From the IMG/VR virus record IMGVR_UViG_3300009149_000001, positions 1-64,000 of that record: a DNA stretch of 64,000 nucleotides; one strand, written 5' to 3'. Source of the DNA: a virus. A program made the position numbers and the translations under genes. The notes under the pieces were generated by a model. It ran no database searches. It saw only the letters and a program-made list of their open reading frames with translations, and had not been told where the DNA came from. Shown piece after piece: positions 31,340 to 41,757 of the stretch (position 1 is its first letter; the number at the start of each line of letters is the position of its first letter).

Positions 31340-31759
31340 CTATCTTCTAACGTCTTTTTCACATCTGATTATAATCCGTATGGGAATAGCTAGCATGTTC
31401 TTGCTTGACAACTCTCCGTCTCCTGGGGCAATGGATACCAAAGCTTTGAAGACGAGGTCATTGATTGTAGATAGGTTAAATTTGTCATATACCTTCTCGG
31501 CCACAGTGAGGGCATTGGTAAATGCTGTCTGTTGACCTTCAGCATTAGCCCAGTATAATAAGTCACATATTACATTAAATTCCATAGTCACACTATGTTG
31601 AGTTAAACCACCAGCATTCTCTGCTGGACCTGCTTTAACTTCTACTTCAAATCTACCAGGTACTGGTAAGTGTCTACCTTGCCAAAGAAACACTCTAGTT
31701 CCTTCAGCGTCATCAGCTAAGTCTGGTAATGTTTTCAATTGCGTTACAATCTCAGCCAT
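31340..31759 (-). CDS. Tail terminator-like protein
   Basis: Position and size. Confidence 0.6.
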   Translation of the reverse strand: MAEIVTQLKTLPDLADDAEGTRVFLWQGRHLPVPGRFEVEVKAGPAENAGGLTQHSVTMEFNVICDLLYWANAEGQQTAFTNALTVAEKVYDKFNLSTINDLVFKALVSIAPGDGELSSKNMLAIPIRIIIRCEKDVRR

Positions 31760-31779
31760 AAGGCCTGTGTAAGTTCCGA

Positions 31780-32238
31780 CTATAGGCGTAGCCCTTTCCT
31801 CCAGTCTTTTTCAAATCTTTCTAATATCATCCTAGTTCTCTCTTCTATCTTAGGAATAGCTGCTTGCACATAATTTCGAGCACGGACACCTGGATGGGTT
31901 CCAGTAGTAATCCTACGCCCCAAAACTGGTACATATCTGCCTTGTGATGAATTAGTACCTTGATCAACATAGTTTGCATAAGGTAACATTGAACCTATTT
32001 TAATACCTGATCTTAAATCAATACCTTGACCAGCAGGAGTCTTAGATAATGATCTCATAGAATTACGAAGTTTACCTGTTGAGACAGGAGTGTACTTTTT
32101 AAGGATAGTAACGCTCTCTCTTTCGACTTTACCCATTACTTGGTTAAATCGTTGGACTGATACAATTGTACGCCACTGTTGTAATTTCTGAATATGATTC
32201 CTAGGGTTAATTCGAACTGATAAAAACTTATTGGTCAA
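31780..32238 (-). CDS. HK97 gp10-like neck/tail completion protein
   Basis: TPVSTGKLRNS...YANYVDQGT...HPG. Confidence 0.85.
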   Translation of the reverse strand: MTNKFLSVRINPRNHIQKLQQWRTIVSVQRFNQVMGKVERESVTILKKYTPVSTGKLRNSMRSLSKTPAGQGIDLRSGIKIGSMLPYANYVDQGTNSSQGRYVPVLGRRITTGTHPGVRARNYVQAAIPKIEERTRMILERFEKDWRKGLRL

Positions 32239-32629
32239 ATTGCTCAGAGGTTGTCATTGCGGATATTGATGGATCAATACCGATTAATGTTTCTTCACTT
32301 ACATTGCCCATGTCTAAATCGACTGGTTCAAGTGATATTCTGTTTATGAAAAACTCTGCGACTTTACGAAAATGCTGAATCTTAATTTTATCGGCAATAC
32401 TGATATTACCTAATTCTTGGGAGATACCTTCTGTGTATGCACCATATGATAACCAAGCTGCCATAGCGGCAATTGCATCATCTACTGATGCTGCGTCAGC
32501 AAGTGGATCTGCTACATCATCAATTACTCTTTTTGATCTATCGATGTTGGCTTGGAAGGTTGCTGTAGTTAAACCTGCTGATGCACTAATATCTAGTAGT
32601 GCCTTTACATCTGCGACGAGAACTGTCAT
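32228..32629 (-). CDS. Head-tail adaptor
   Basis: Helical 133-aa protein after MCP, starts V.DVKALL. Confidence 0.65.
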   Translation of the reverse strand: MTVLVADVKALLDISASAGLTTATFQANIDRSKRVIDDVADPLADAASVDDAIAAMAAWLSYGAYTEGISQELGNISIADKIKIQHFRKVAEFFINRISLEPVDLDMGNVSEETLIGIDPSISAMTTSEQFDQ

Positions 32630-32707
32630 TATTTCTCTATCTCATCCCGTAATTCTTGATCTGGTGAGGGAAGCAAGTAATAGCACAATCTGTGCAATAG
32701 ACAAGCT

Positions 32708-32926
32708 TTATTTTCCTTTTGTGTAACCATAATGCTGGGCCTCCTTTGATATAGCTAATCCTGTAGTGAATATAGATGCCACTAATGCTATGACAAGAGT
32801 TTGTTCAAATCCTAAACCTACATCATAAATTGATTCAGCAACCCCACCACCAAGTAGTGGTCCGAAAAAGGAAACACCAAAGTTTCCAAGGACTCTTGCT
32901 GCTGATTTCTTAGCACTAAATGCCAT
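32708..32926 (-). CDS. Small two-TM membrane protein
   Basis: Two hydrophobic segments. Confidence 0.55.
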   Translation of the reverse strand: MAFSAKKSAARVLGNFGVSFFGPLLGGGVAESIYDVGLGFEQTLVIALVASIFTTGLAISKEAQHYGYTKGK

Positions 32927-32981
32927 TTCGGGAGTTGTTTTTTTTCTTTTTTTTAAAAAAAAGAAAAAGATGGGTAACTTA

Positions 32982-33989
32982 CTATGCTACGCCTGTTATC
33001 TTTGCGATTCTTGCGTTTGTAGTAGTTGATCCATCTAATGGTTCAGGAATACCTGTGTATTTAAACCACTGCTTTGTGATAATGTCCTCACCACGAGAGT
33101 TTCTAATTCTCTCTTGGGCTGGTACAATACCGCCACCATCGAAAGTTCCGAGGAATCCGATTGATGGGTCTGCGAGTGGTACAACCAAAGCATCGTTGCT
33201 AATAGGCCAAGTAGGTTCTACTCTTGGTTTACGTGTTAGAATGATTCTAACTTTGTATTCTGTTTGCAAAAAGTCTTTAATTGGTTGTGTAATATTTCTG
33301 ATTAATTTGAGCTTCGTTACTCCTACAAATGATTCTGCAGGAATAATTAATCCAAATGCCTGAGGTCTATTGATCATACTGGCAGGAATATTAGAGTTCT
33401 TAATAATGTTTGCAATGGCTTGAGCTAAGTCATCTTCAGGTGTTGCTGAAGCTGATGCCCATGTACCTGTTGCGGCAACAGTATTAGATGTGTCAGCTAA
33501 GGTATTTAGTTGTGTAAGGACGTGTTTGTCTCTTACTTCTGCTAAATGCTCTGCTGCTCTTCTAATTGAATCCTGTTCTAACCATCCAGCTGCTCCTCTT
33601 AATTTAGCATCGTCAGATATGAAATATCTGGTTTCTGCCATTTGGAGGTCTACTTTCTGGAGGTTGTATGTGATAGGCTCTGATCTCTCTGTAGGTGCAA
33701 TTGACTCTACGGGTACCGGATAGGTAGCTCGTACAGCATCGTCACCTGGAGCGAAAATTTGTGCTTCCAATCTATCCATTGCTCTTGTAGTGATCACATC
33801 AGATGATGCGGCTATAAGTGCGGATTCTTGGTAAATTTTCTCTCTGATTACAGTGAGTTGAACTACTTCATCAAAAGTTGCTTCTCCGAATTTAGCTATG
33901 TCGTCTTTGGTCCAAGACATTAACTGATCTGAGGTTGCGGCATAAGGAATGCTTTGAGGGTTACTAAATTTTGCAATTGAGTTAGTCAT
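32982..33989 (-). CDS. Major capsid protein (HK97 fold)
   Basis: 335 aa after scaffold/decoration genes; ATGTW...PEDDL; C-terminal IAKITGV; followed by T-rich terminator. Confidence 0.85.
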   Translation of the reverse strand: MTNSIAKFSNPQSIPYAATSDQLMSWTKDDIAKFGEATFDEVVQLTVIREKIYQESALIAASSDVITTRAMDRLEAQIFAPGDDAVRATYPVPVESIAPTERSEPITYNLQKVDLQMAETRYFISDDAKLRGAAGWLEQDSIRRAAEHLAEVRDKHVLTQLNTLADTSNTVAATGTWASASATPEDDLAQAIANIIKNSNIPASMINRPQAFGLIIPAESFVGVTKLKLIRNITQPIKDFLQTEYKVRIILTRKPRVEPTWPISNDALVVPLADPSIGFLGTFDGGGIVPAQERIRNSRGEDIITKQWFKYTGIPEPLDGSTTTNARIAKITGVA

Positions 33990-33994
33990 CTTAT

Positions 33995-34561
33995 CTATCC
34001 TTGTCCTACCGTACCAATGTTCAATTTACATAGAATCTTTCCGGTTCCTGCAGCTGCAGCAGTTGTACCTGCTATGACTGTTTCTTCAGCTCTACCTACA
34101 ATCTGTGCTAGTTCTTTTAATCTGGCATCAACCTCATTAGATGAGTTTGAGACAGAAGAATCTGGCAAAGCTGTTTTAGTGCTGTTTGCGGTTCCGTATT
34201 GATCAACTTTACCACTACCTGTACAGATAAGTGAATCGCCTCTTACGATGGCGACGTTATTAACTGCTAGTTGCAATTTGGCCCATCCTTCAGCAAAGAC
34301 TGGAAAGCCTTTTTCACCGATTTCTGATCCAATTAATTGCAATGTAGATGGTTCGTTAAAGTCGAAGGGATCTCTTGAAGATCTATAATTAACACAAGCT
34401 GGAATGTCTGTTGCACCACACAAGTTTACCTTGTTAGTTGAGCTTTCGACTTGGTATTTGAGTACGTAACCAGAGTCTGCGAATGAAGTTGCGTCTATGA
34501 CTTGCATATTCCAAAATTCACCGTGTTCTCTAGTTAGGCCTGCGCCTGATCCAGTTGCCAT
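33995..34561 (-). CDS. Capsid decoration/cement protein
   Basis: Between scaffold and MCP; AIVRGDSL...GKV...IVGRAEE pattern. Confidence 0.65.
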   Translation of the reverse strand: MATGSGAGLTREHGEFWNMQVIDATSFADSGYVLKYQVESSTNKVNLCGATDIPACVNYRSSRDPFDFNEPSTLQLIGSEIGEKGFPVFAEGWAKLQLAVNNVAIVRGDSLICTGSGKVDQYGTANSTKTALPDSSVSNSSNEVDARLKELAQIVGRAEETVIAGTTAAAAGTGKILCKLNIGTVGQG

Positions 34562-34563
34562 GA

Positions 34564-35226
34564 TTAAAGAGTCTTCTCCTTTGATTCAGTTGGTTCTTGC
34601 ATACCGAAGTTTGCTCTAGCTGCTCTCACTCTAGATGCACCGTCTTGCTCTTCTGGAGCAGGGGCTGCAAATTTAGCGTTAGACTCAGCTTGTTTGTTTG
34701 CACTTTCTAATGAAAGAGACAATTTTGACATTGCTTCTTTATAAGGAGTTACAACAGTTTTTACAAGTGAGGCAACAATGACTTTATCTTCTGTTTCCAT
34801 GTTAAGACTTTTGATTAATTCAACATCAAGATTTTCATCTAATGCGATTAATTCTGTACATTGTTCTGAAAATTTGGCTAATGCCATTTTCTCTTGTTTT
34901 TCAGATAGTTGTTTTTCGACTTCGGACATTTTAGTTACGATTGGTTTGTCTGTAGAAATACCTGCTTCATTTAATTTCTCAGAAGAGAATTTAATGATTT
35001 CTTGCAGTTTTTGTACTTCTTCAGGGTCAATTGTATTCTTGCTTTCGACGACTGGAGCTTTCAAAGAAAGTCCTAGTAAGTCTGCTGCATTAATGTCTTT
35101 GCCTGCTTCGGATGCTAAGGCTTCTTTGAGTTGTGCGAGTTGAGTGCTCAATTCTTCAGAATTATTCTTTAAATAAGGGTTTTCCGTAGAGTCATTATTA
35201 TTGATCTTTGGGGTTTCATTATTCAT
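34564..35226 (-). CDS. Scaffolding protein
   Basis: Acidic coiled coil between protease and capsid genes. Confidence 0.7.
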   Translation of the reverse strand: MNNETPKINNNDSTENPYLKNNSEELSTQLAQLKEALASEAGKDINAADLLGLSLKAPVVESKNTIDPEEVQKLQEIIKFSSEKLNEAGISTDKPIVTKMSEVEKQLSEKQEKMALAKFSEQCTELIALDENLDVELIKSLNMETEDKVIVASLVKTVVTPYKEAMSKLSLSLESANKQAESNAKFAAPAPEEQDGASRVRAARANFGMQEPTESKEKTL

Positions 35227-35228
35227 TT

Positions 35229-36125
35229 TTATATCACCTTTGTTATCCAACAAATTTTACATGCGGGTCGTTTTACGACCGACAACTTGTCAGTTATACT
35301 ATCGAATGGAATCCACGCTTGAAATTCCTCATTCCATACAGACCGAAATCTGAATTCATAAGAAAGACCAATGTCGCCTGCGGACAGGGATGTGGCTCCA
35401 TGATATTTACCCTTAACACGAATGTGATTTATAGGTTCACGGACCAACAGGACTTCGGTGACATCGCCATCGAGTGCAAGTTCGTCGCTTGGATGTTCTG
35501 TGTTAAGTGGGATTCGTTCACCAGCTTCTAATTTTCTTTGCTGGGACTTTGCAACTTGTTCTACAAAAGATGCTGTGTATAAATAAGGTACGCCAAACAT
35601 GTCAGTCCATGTTCCTTCTGCTGCTGCTATACCTTCGAAGGTTTGATCCTCCATGTTTAATGAAATGTCTAAATTAAATTTACCTGCTATCTCTTGTTGT
35701 TGTGTCTTATCAAGATCTGAGAATTTAGCTGTGTTAGGATTCTTACCTGGTTTCCAAAACACCCAACCATGTGTTGCTTCACCAAATAATGATTTATCAA
35801 AGACGTTTGGGATCTTTCTAATAATCCAATCACCTGTTAGTTTCTCACCATTCATTGTGACTTTAAAATGTTTATCTGTTTCTTCTAAGACAGTTAAATC
35901 ACCTTTGTCTAATATTGAATAGATACCATCTGCTGTGTCACCTTCAAAGCTCATCCACGATTCAGATCTAGTATCCTCTGACTTTAACCCAAAGAGGCGA
36001 GTTGTATTTGGATTATCACTTAAGGTGGCCATTAAGCCTGTCTTTGAAAATTCAAAGAACTGTAATTTATCATCTCCAAAAGAAAGCTGATATTTATCGT
36101 CTATTTCATGTACGACAAATTTCAT
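35229..36125 (-). CDS. Prohead serine protease with N-terminal degenerate LigD phosphoesterase-like domain
   Basis: C-terminal half: LNTEH, GLSYE, LSVVKRPAC; N-terminal half: FVVHE...FEG...ILDKG...GEKLTGDW. Confidence 0.78.
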   Translation of the reverse strand: MKFVVHEIDDKYQLSFGDDKLQFFEFSKTGLMATLSDNPNTTRLFGLKSEDTRSESWMSFEGDTADGIYSILDKGDLTVLEETDKHFKVTMNGEKLTGDWIIRKIPNVFDKSLFGEATHGWVFWKPGKNPNTAKFSDLDKTQQQEIAGKFNLDISLNMEDQTFEGIAAAEGTWTDMFGVPYLYTASFVEQVAKSQQRKLEAGERIPLNTEHPSDELALDGDVTEVLLVREPINHIRVKGKYHGATSLSAGDIGLSYEFRFRSVWNEEFQAWIPFDSITDKLSVVKRPACKICWITKVI

Positions 36126-36508
36126 ACTTGCTCATACTCCGTTAAGAATTGAAGATCATGGGGTAAAGTTGGATCAATAGGTAATAGATCAGATATTAAT
36201 TCCTCAACTATTGAGTTCTTAGAAAACTTGATTTCTTTATGTAATGTAATATAATCTATGATTGGTTCAATTCGATCACCATTAAAGATAAAATCCCAAT
36301 GAACTTCATATGTACCAGCTTCATCATCTTTATTGAAGGAATGTGTTGCGGTCCAACCCTTATCAGCTGTGCCGGGTTGTAACTCACGAACGATCTTTCC
36401 TTCTTTCATAAGTGTAACTGATTTAACTTTAACTAAGTCCTTTGCCTCAATATCGGCCTCGTCTAGAGAGGCTGAGAACTTGCAGAGTTTATTAGGATAT
36501 GTTTTCAT
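36122..36508 (-). CDS. Ig-like head-associated protein
   Basis: GTYEVHWDF strand; lies between portal and protease. Confidence 0.55.
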   Translation of the reverse strand: MKTYPNKLCKFSASLDEADIEAKDLVKVKSVTLMKEGKIVRELQPGTADKGWTATHSFNKDDEAGTYEVHWDFIFNGDRIEPIIDYITLHKEIKFSKNSIVEELISDLLPIDPTLPHDLQFLTEYEQV

Positions 36509-36717
36509 CTTTAGTATTTAATCCGATTATGGCAACAGCCGTTCGGATCGTACTTATAAGTTGCCTGGTCTGGATATCAAAGTGATGGACCATTAGGTTA
36601 AATCCAGTAATTCGAAGCGTGAAATTAAAATCATTTTATCGCTCAGTGACCTCAAACACACCCATTGCCTTTGGTTTACGCTTACTAGGAACTTTGTTTA
36701 CTAGTGGACAATTACAA

Positions 36718-38259
36718 TCAGTTTCCACCACGTCTATCTCCTCGTGTGTTATTGTTACGATCTTTTTGACCTTGAGATTGTTGGTCACTAGTTGGTGAAT
36801 CTTGTTTCTCACCTTTAAGTCCTGCTGCTATATCTTTATTAGTTTGACCACTTTGGTCGGCTACGCCTGCACCTGGGTTTTGTGTATCTTCAATCCATGT
36901 CTTCAAGTCTTCTTCTTGTTCTTCAGTAAGTGGATCTTTACCCATTACAGCTCTAATTTCAGATGTAGTAAATGATTTAGTGACTTGCATAGTTGCTGCA
37001 ATCTTTGCTAATTCTGTTCTATCTTTATCTAAGATGAGTCTAGTTTTTAATACAAGTCGTTCTACAACTTCTTCTTTAATACCTGGTTCAATCATCTGAA
37101 CATGACGTCTAACTAGAGCTTCATATTCTTGTTTAATAGTATCAAGGTAAATTTCAGCACGAAGTGCTAAGAATGAGGATGCTTGGTTAAGTGATGTAAA
37201 ACCACCGCCACCTGAACCAGCCCCCATTAAATTAGGAGGAGTACCAGTTGGGCCACCAATTAGTTCGTTGATTTGATTAATGATAGGTGATGGGTCGTTA
37301 TAGTTAGAGCTCTTTGGTTCTACGTAGGTAATTTCGGTATTCATACCGGTAACAAAGCCTTGATCAGCTGATCTATATTGATTAACTGCAGCATATCCAT
37401 TAATGGCAGCCTCTGCTGCGGTTTTTGCGGCAGCTAGTTTTTCTGCATGAGTTCCTTGGAATTTAGATGGATCAAATGGTGTTAAGTCTAATTTATGGTG
37501 TTCTCTAGGCATTGCTCTATTTCTCCATACTTGGTCATTTTGAATCAAGATTTGTTTCCACATCAAGATACTAATCAAAGAATTAATAGGTGCTGTTGAC
37601 CAAACATTAAAAGTCCATCGTCCTAGGTTATCTCTAATCCAAGATCTTTTATTATCAAAGGATACATGGAATACTCTATCCCATCTTATAATTTGGGTTT
37701 TAACATCAATCTTACCATCTTGTTCATCTACTGCATAATATTTAGGATCACTTATAACAAAGTCTCCGCCAGTTTCACCAATTTGAGATCTCTTATCAAC
37801 TGCTGAGATAACAAACATTGGTAATGGTACAAGATCTTCAATTCCTTTACCGAATTTAATTTGATCTACGGCATCTCCGTACTTCCAGAGATCTTTTGTA
37901 TATCTATAAAATAATCGAGGACCATTAAGTTTTCTATGTAGAGCGTTTGCAACTTTCATTGCTTTTCTTTCTGATGGTGTTTCTACTTTATCATCAACAT
38001 CTTCAGGTCTTAATGTAAAGTCACCAACTGCTTTTTGAACCATGATTGCCATGAGTTCAATTGCTGAGAACAGTCTCTCGTCCCCATTTACTAGATTATC
38101 TGCAAGTGTATATCTGTCTTTTGAATTTCGTAAATCTTTGGCTTCGTTTAATCGCCCACCAATAATAGATGCTGCTGTGATTGCAATAGGCTCTGTGGGT
38201 TTAGTTGATCGATCTATAGGGTCTGTCCTAAATGCTGCTTTAATCCAATCTAAGTTCAT
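36718..38259 (-). CDS. Portal protein
   Basis: 513 aa after TerL; LWKYGDA, VFHVSF, TSEIRAVMGKDPL. Confidence 0.9.
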   Translation of the reverse strand: MNLDWIKAAFRTDPIDRSTKPTEPIAITAASIIGGRLNEAKDLRNSKDRYTLADNLVNGDERLFSAIELMAIMVQKAVGDFTLRPEDVDDKVETPSERKAMKVANALHRKLNGPRLFYRYTKDLWKYGDAVDQIKFGKGIEDLVPLPMFVISAVDKRSQIGETGGDFVISDPKYYAVDEQDGKIDVKTQIIRWDRVFHVSFDNKRSWIRDNLGRWTFNVWSTAPINSLISILMWKQILIQNDQVWRNRAMPREHHKLDLTPFDPSKFQGTHAEKLAAAKTAAEAAINGYAAVNQYRSADQGFVTGMNTEITYVEPKSSNYNDPSPIINQINELIGGPTGTPPNLMGAGSGGGGFTSLNQASSFLALRAEIYLDTIKQEYEALVRRHVQMIEPGIKEEVVERLVLKTRLILDKDRTELAKIAATMQVTKSFTTSEIRAVMGKDPLTEEQEEDLKTWIEDTQNPGAGVADQSGQTNKDIAAGLKGEKQDSPTSDQQSQGQKDRNNNTRGDRRGGN

Positions 38260-38261
38260 TT

Positions 38262-39821
38262 TTAAAATCTTCCCATATAATATGATTGCACACCATTAGT
38301 ACTCAAGCGTGCTTCCTCTTGTTCTCTACGTACAAACGATATAAGCTGTGCAGCGGTGTCAGCCATGTCTTTGGACCCAGTGCGAGGGTGATCCACTTTT
38401 TGATTCTTGATAAGGAGTAATTCGTAAAATTCTTTGAAGAGATATTTGGATCTGACGACAGTTGCACGTCCAAGGTATAAGTCGTTTCTTGCGATGATCC
38501 AATCTGACAAGTTGAGGACGTGGTGTTCTGTGCGGATTGAGTCCAATCGAACAAGATCAAGGAGGGTATTGTGCAGGTAAATGTCGTACACGTAGGAAGT
38601 GACAGGGAAGACGGCAATGAGTCGTTTGATGATGTCGGCAACGTCATTAGTATTTATTTCTTCGCCCTTGGCTGCCTTAAACACTGTGGAACCTATTATA
38701 CGGACAGAATCATCTTGAGCATGATATCCTATTGATAATCCAAAAGCATCGTTCTTAATGGCAGGATCTACTGCTATATACCAATCTGTGTAATCTGGGT
38801 AAAGTCTTAGATCTAAACGAGATTCGTCAATTAGGGGGATAAATCCTTCTCTTGATTTAGGATCTGGTTCTCCTATGAATAAGTTGGTTAAAAAGAAGTC
38901 TTTCTCGATCTCCTCAAGTATTGCAGGATTGAAGAATGCCTCCTGCTCTAATGATGGGTTCGCACCAAAATCCCTGTCGAACGAAATAGGGTCTCTCTTT
39001 CTCTCAGCTGCGAGCGTTACTTTATCCATGTTAGGATTAAGATCCCATGTTGCTTTCCAAATTGGAATGCACCAAGCCCATTTCTCTTCTACAGCTTGAG
39101 CATGCAATGTTGTGATGAAATCTCCTTTATATTGGGGGGATGAAATAGCAACTCTAACATTCTCATTCCATTTAGTAAAAGTACCTGTGGATTTGGATAA
39201 TTTGAAGTAAACCTCTTTTGGACCATTACGAGCTGAATTATCTTGAAATGATGAAACTTCGTCTGCAACAAAGGATTTAATTGTTCTTCCTACGTTACCG
39301 CCTGTACTGCTACCTAAAGCCTTTAAGGTAATGTATTTAGGGAATTTAATGGTGTTATAGGTAGCTGTAGGGTTTAATGACATAAAGTATGGTGAATCCA
39401 TGATAAGTTCCTTTCCTCTTCTAAAGACTGTATCTAAGGCCTGAGTTTCGTTAGGTGCTACATTAACACACATGATTTCAGAGTTCTTTGCAATACCATA
39501 GTGTTCTTGAGGATTATCTAGAAATTCCAACCGTGCGATCTCATATAGACTAATACATGCCGCAATTGTTGTTTTACCTCCTCTCATCCCTGAAACGAAA
39601 ACTAGTTCAGATTTAATACGTCGTCCAGTCTCATCAAACTTGTAAAATGAACGTAAAATCTCTTTTTGAGATTCCCAGAGTTCCATACCAACACCTGCTG
39701 GATCTTCAAAGAATGCTACTACATCATTTGACCATTCTAACTTCTTAATTAATTTTTCACCCAGTGACAGTTTCTCGTATAGAGAAACATCACAAGTAAT
39801 ATCAAGACGGGTTGTTGTCAA
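38262..39821 (-). CDS. terL: Terminase large subunit
   Basis: GMRGGKT Walker A, VADE Walker B, ISSP, AVDPAIKND, DHPRTGSKDMAD. Confidence 0.96.
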   Translation of the reverse strand: MTTTRLDITCDVSLYEKLSLGEKLIKKLEWSNDVVAFFEDPAGVGMELWESQKEILRSFYKFDETGRRIKSELVFVSGMRGGKTTIAACISLYEIARLEFLDNPQEHYGIAKNSEIMCVNVAPNETQALDTVFRRGKELIMDSPYFMSLNPTATYNTIKFPKYITLKALGSSTGGNVGRTIKSFVADEVSSFQDNSARNGPKEVYFKLSKSTGTFTKWNENVRVAISSPQYKGDFITTLHAQAVEEKWAWCIPIWKATWDLNPNMDKVTLAAERKRDPISFDRDFGANPSLEQEAFFNPAILEEIEKDFFLTNLFIGEPDPKSREGFIPLIDESRLDLRLYPDYTDWYIAVDPAIKNDAFGLSIGYHAQDDSVRIIGSTVFKAAKGEEINTNDVADIIKRLIAVFPVTSYVYDIYLHNTLLDLVRLDSIRTEHHVLNLSDWIIARNDLYLGRATVVRSKYLFKEFYELLLIKNQKVDHPRTGSKDMADTAAQLISFVRREQEEARLSTNGVQSYYMGRF

Positions 39822-40338
39822 TCTTTCTTATAACATCTTTTAATGACACTGCAAACTTGCTCTTACATAAAGGACAAGAATCTTGCATAATTGTGCCAAC
39901 TAATTGATTATACTCAACATGCATGTTTTGTACGTTAATGTTACCATTGTCTTTGAATTCATTTTGTAATTTTTGTAAAGTCTCAGTATAGTGTCTAAGT
40001 TCAGCTAATGCTGATAAATATGTTTTGAGCATGATTGGATCTGGATTAGCTAGTATTTGTTGTTTAAGTATTTTCATAACTTCTTTTAGGTCATCTAGTC
40101 CTCCTATGACTTCACCTACTTTATCTACAATGTGATCAGTGATTTCAGAACGATCAGCTAATTGAATTGCGACTTGAGGTTTAACGTGATTGTTAATATG
40201 ATTACGCCATGAGTAGAGTTTACAATCTAACAGTTCTATACATTGAGATGATGTCTTACGTTTTTCTAGATAATCTATTTCAATGCCAGTAATGTCATCC
40301 ATTATACAGAGTTCACAGTTAATCGGTTTTATTGCCAT
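39802..40338 (-). CDS. Terminase small subunit (putative)
   Basis: Directly upstream of TerL; CxxC...H..NH zinc/HTH N-terminus and helical C-terminus. Confidence 0.65.
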   Translation of the reverse strand: MAIKPINCELCIMDDITGIEIDYLEKRKTSSQCIELLDCKLYSWRNHINNHVKPQVAIQLADRSEITDHIVDKVGEVIGGLDDLKEVMKILKQQILANPDPIMLKTYLSALAELRHYTETLQKLQNEFKDNGNINVQNMHVEYNQLVGTIMQDSCPLCKSKFAVSLKDVIRKIDNNPS

Positions 40339-40738
40339 TTTCCTTCCTTAAAGTATTGTTCTTGTTTGCAAGTGTTACATCTACGTTTGAATGATACAGT
40401 TCCGGAGACTTCAACAAATCTGTGGTCTTCTCCTCCCCAACACTTGGTCATGATATATATGGTAGGATCCGGTTCAAGAAGGTTAAGGACCCTATACATC
40501 AACCCAAGGGAAAGTAGAATTAATCAGACGGTCATGGAATGTTTATGAAGTATAAAATCCTTATAGTAATCTCATGTCAGAATTCACGAAAATTGCATTT
40601 CGATTAAATGATGGAACAGTAGCAGAGACAATGATGCCTATCGACAAAGTCGAAAAGATCATACTAAAAATTGGTCCTGAAAACTGTTGGATCGTATAAT
40701 CAAGCCCACCGCACACGTAATCTAGTGATTCTGGTATT

Positions 40739-41266
40739 TTATACTAAATCATCTACATCTACAACAGATAGGCCTCTTAGGTAAACCCATGTGAGTCCTT
40801 GTCTTGCCCAGATGTTTAATTTCTTAAATTTGCCTTCAATGTGGCGATCGTGTACTTCTGCTGTAGAGAAATTAAGCATAGTTCCTTTTTTATTACCAGT
40901 CCAGTCAGTATTACGTAATGCTACTTTGTGAGTAAGTTTTTTGTAAAGTAGTAATGAATGTGATCCTTCATGTGTTATTACTATGTAGTTTTGGCGTAAT
41001 ACCCTACGGAAAATGTCGGATATGATGTTAGTCCTTTTGTCCTCTAGGTATAGTTTTACTTTACCCATACCAGTTACACCACCAACACCTTCTTTACCGT
41101 CGAAGAAAGGATCTAGAGGTGCTGCTGAGGATGGATAGATATCCCATTCCCAATTTTTCCAATATAAGTAAAAGTCACCTGATTTATCAAGCATGTCGTA
41201 TATGAACATACCAATTAGGCGTTTGTATAATTCTTCGTTTAAGTTCTCAGTGTGAAATCTAATCAT
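40739..41266 (-). CDS. HExxH metallopeptidase-like protein
   Basis: ITHEGSH...EVHD. Confidence 0.5.
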   Translation of the reverse strand: MIRFHTENLNEELYKRLIGMFIYDMLDKSGDFYLYWKNWEWDIYPSSAAPLDPFFDGKEGVGGVTGMGKVKLYLEDKRTNIISDIFRRVLRQNYIVITHEGSHSLLLYKKLTHKVALRNTDWTGNKKGTMLNFSTAEVHDRHIEGKFKKLNIWARQGLTWVYLRGLSVVDVDDLV

Positions 41267-41543
41267 AGTTCATCAACTTTATTATAAAATGGTCTTGTTC
41301 ACCAGAAGGGTCATGTTTATATTTATCAAGCCATAACTTTGTATATTCCCCATTTAGACCTAATAATGCCCAGTCAATTAATCCATGAATCCATTCGTGA
41401 ACAACAGTATCCATAACATCTTGAGTACCTTCCATCATGAAAGGTAAGTAGTAGGTGATTATTAAAGTATCTGGATTATAGTCTGCACGATGCTCTGCAG
41501 CTTCGCACAAATCTTTATCTATTACAAAATCCTCATAGAACAC
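41259..41543 (-). CDS. Small HExxH metallopeptidase-like protein
   Basis: DTVVHEWIH...EQDH. Confidence 0.55.
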   Translation of the reverse strand: MFYEDFVIDKDLCEAAEHRADYNPDTLIITYYLPFMMEGTQDVMDTVVHEWIHGLIDWALLGLNGEYTKLWLDKYKHDPSGEQDHFIIKLMNYD

Positions 41544-41547
41544 GAAA

Positions 41548-41757
41548 TTACATTGATTTAGGAGACTTTAAAGCAGCGGGGCGGATCTCATAGATCCCTC
41601 TGGATGGTTTAAATATTAACTCATCATATTGGAGCTGATATAAAATAGTTGCAATATGACCAGAAGATCCAAACTTGGTTATTATTTCTTTATATAGTCT
41701 GGGCTTGACTTTGATAAAGTCTAAAAGTTGGGATTTGCGAGAAAGATGAGCGTCCAT
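41548..41757 (-). CDS. Small wHTH protein
   Basis: ILYQL...IFKPSRGIYEI wing. Confidence 0.6.
   Translation of the reverse strand: MDAHLSRKSQLLDFIKVKPRLYKEIITKFGSSGHIATILYQLQYDELIFKPSRGIYEIRPAALKSPKSM

Noticed and set aside
36510-36717. Packaging RNA between the portal and Ig-like genes
   Set aside because: Only one convincing stem (GGCAAC/GTTGCC); short ORFs could explain the gap equally well
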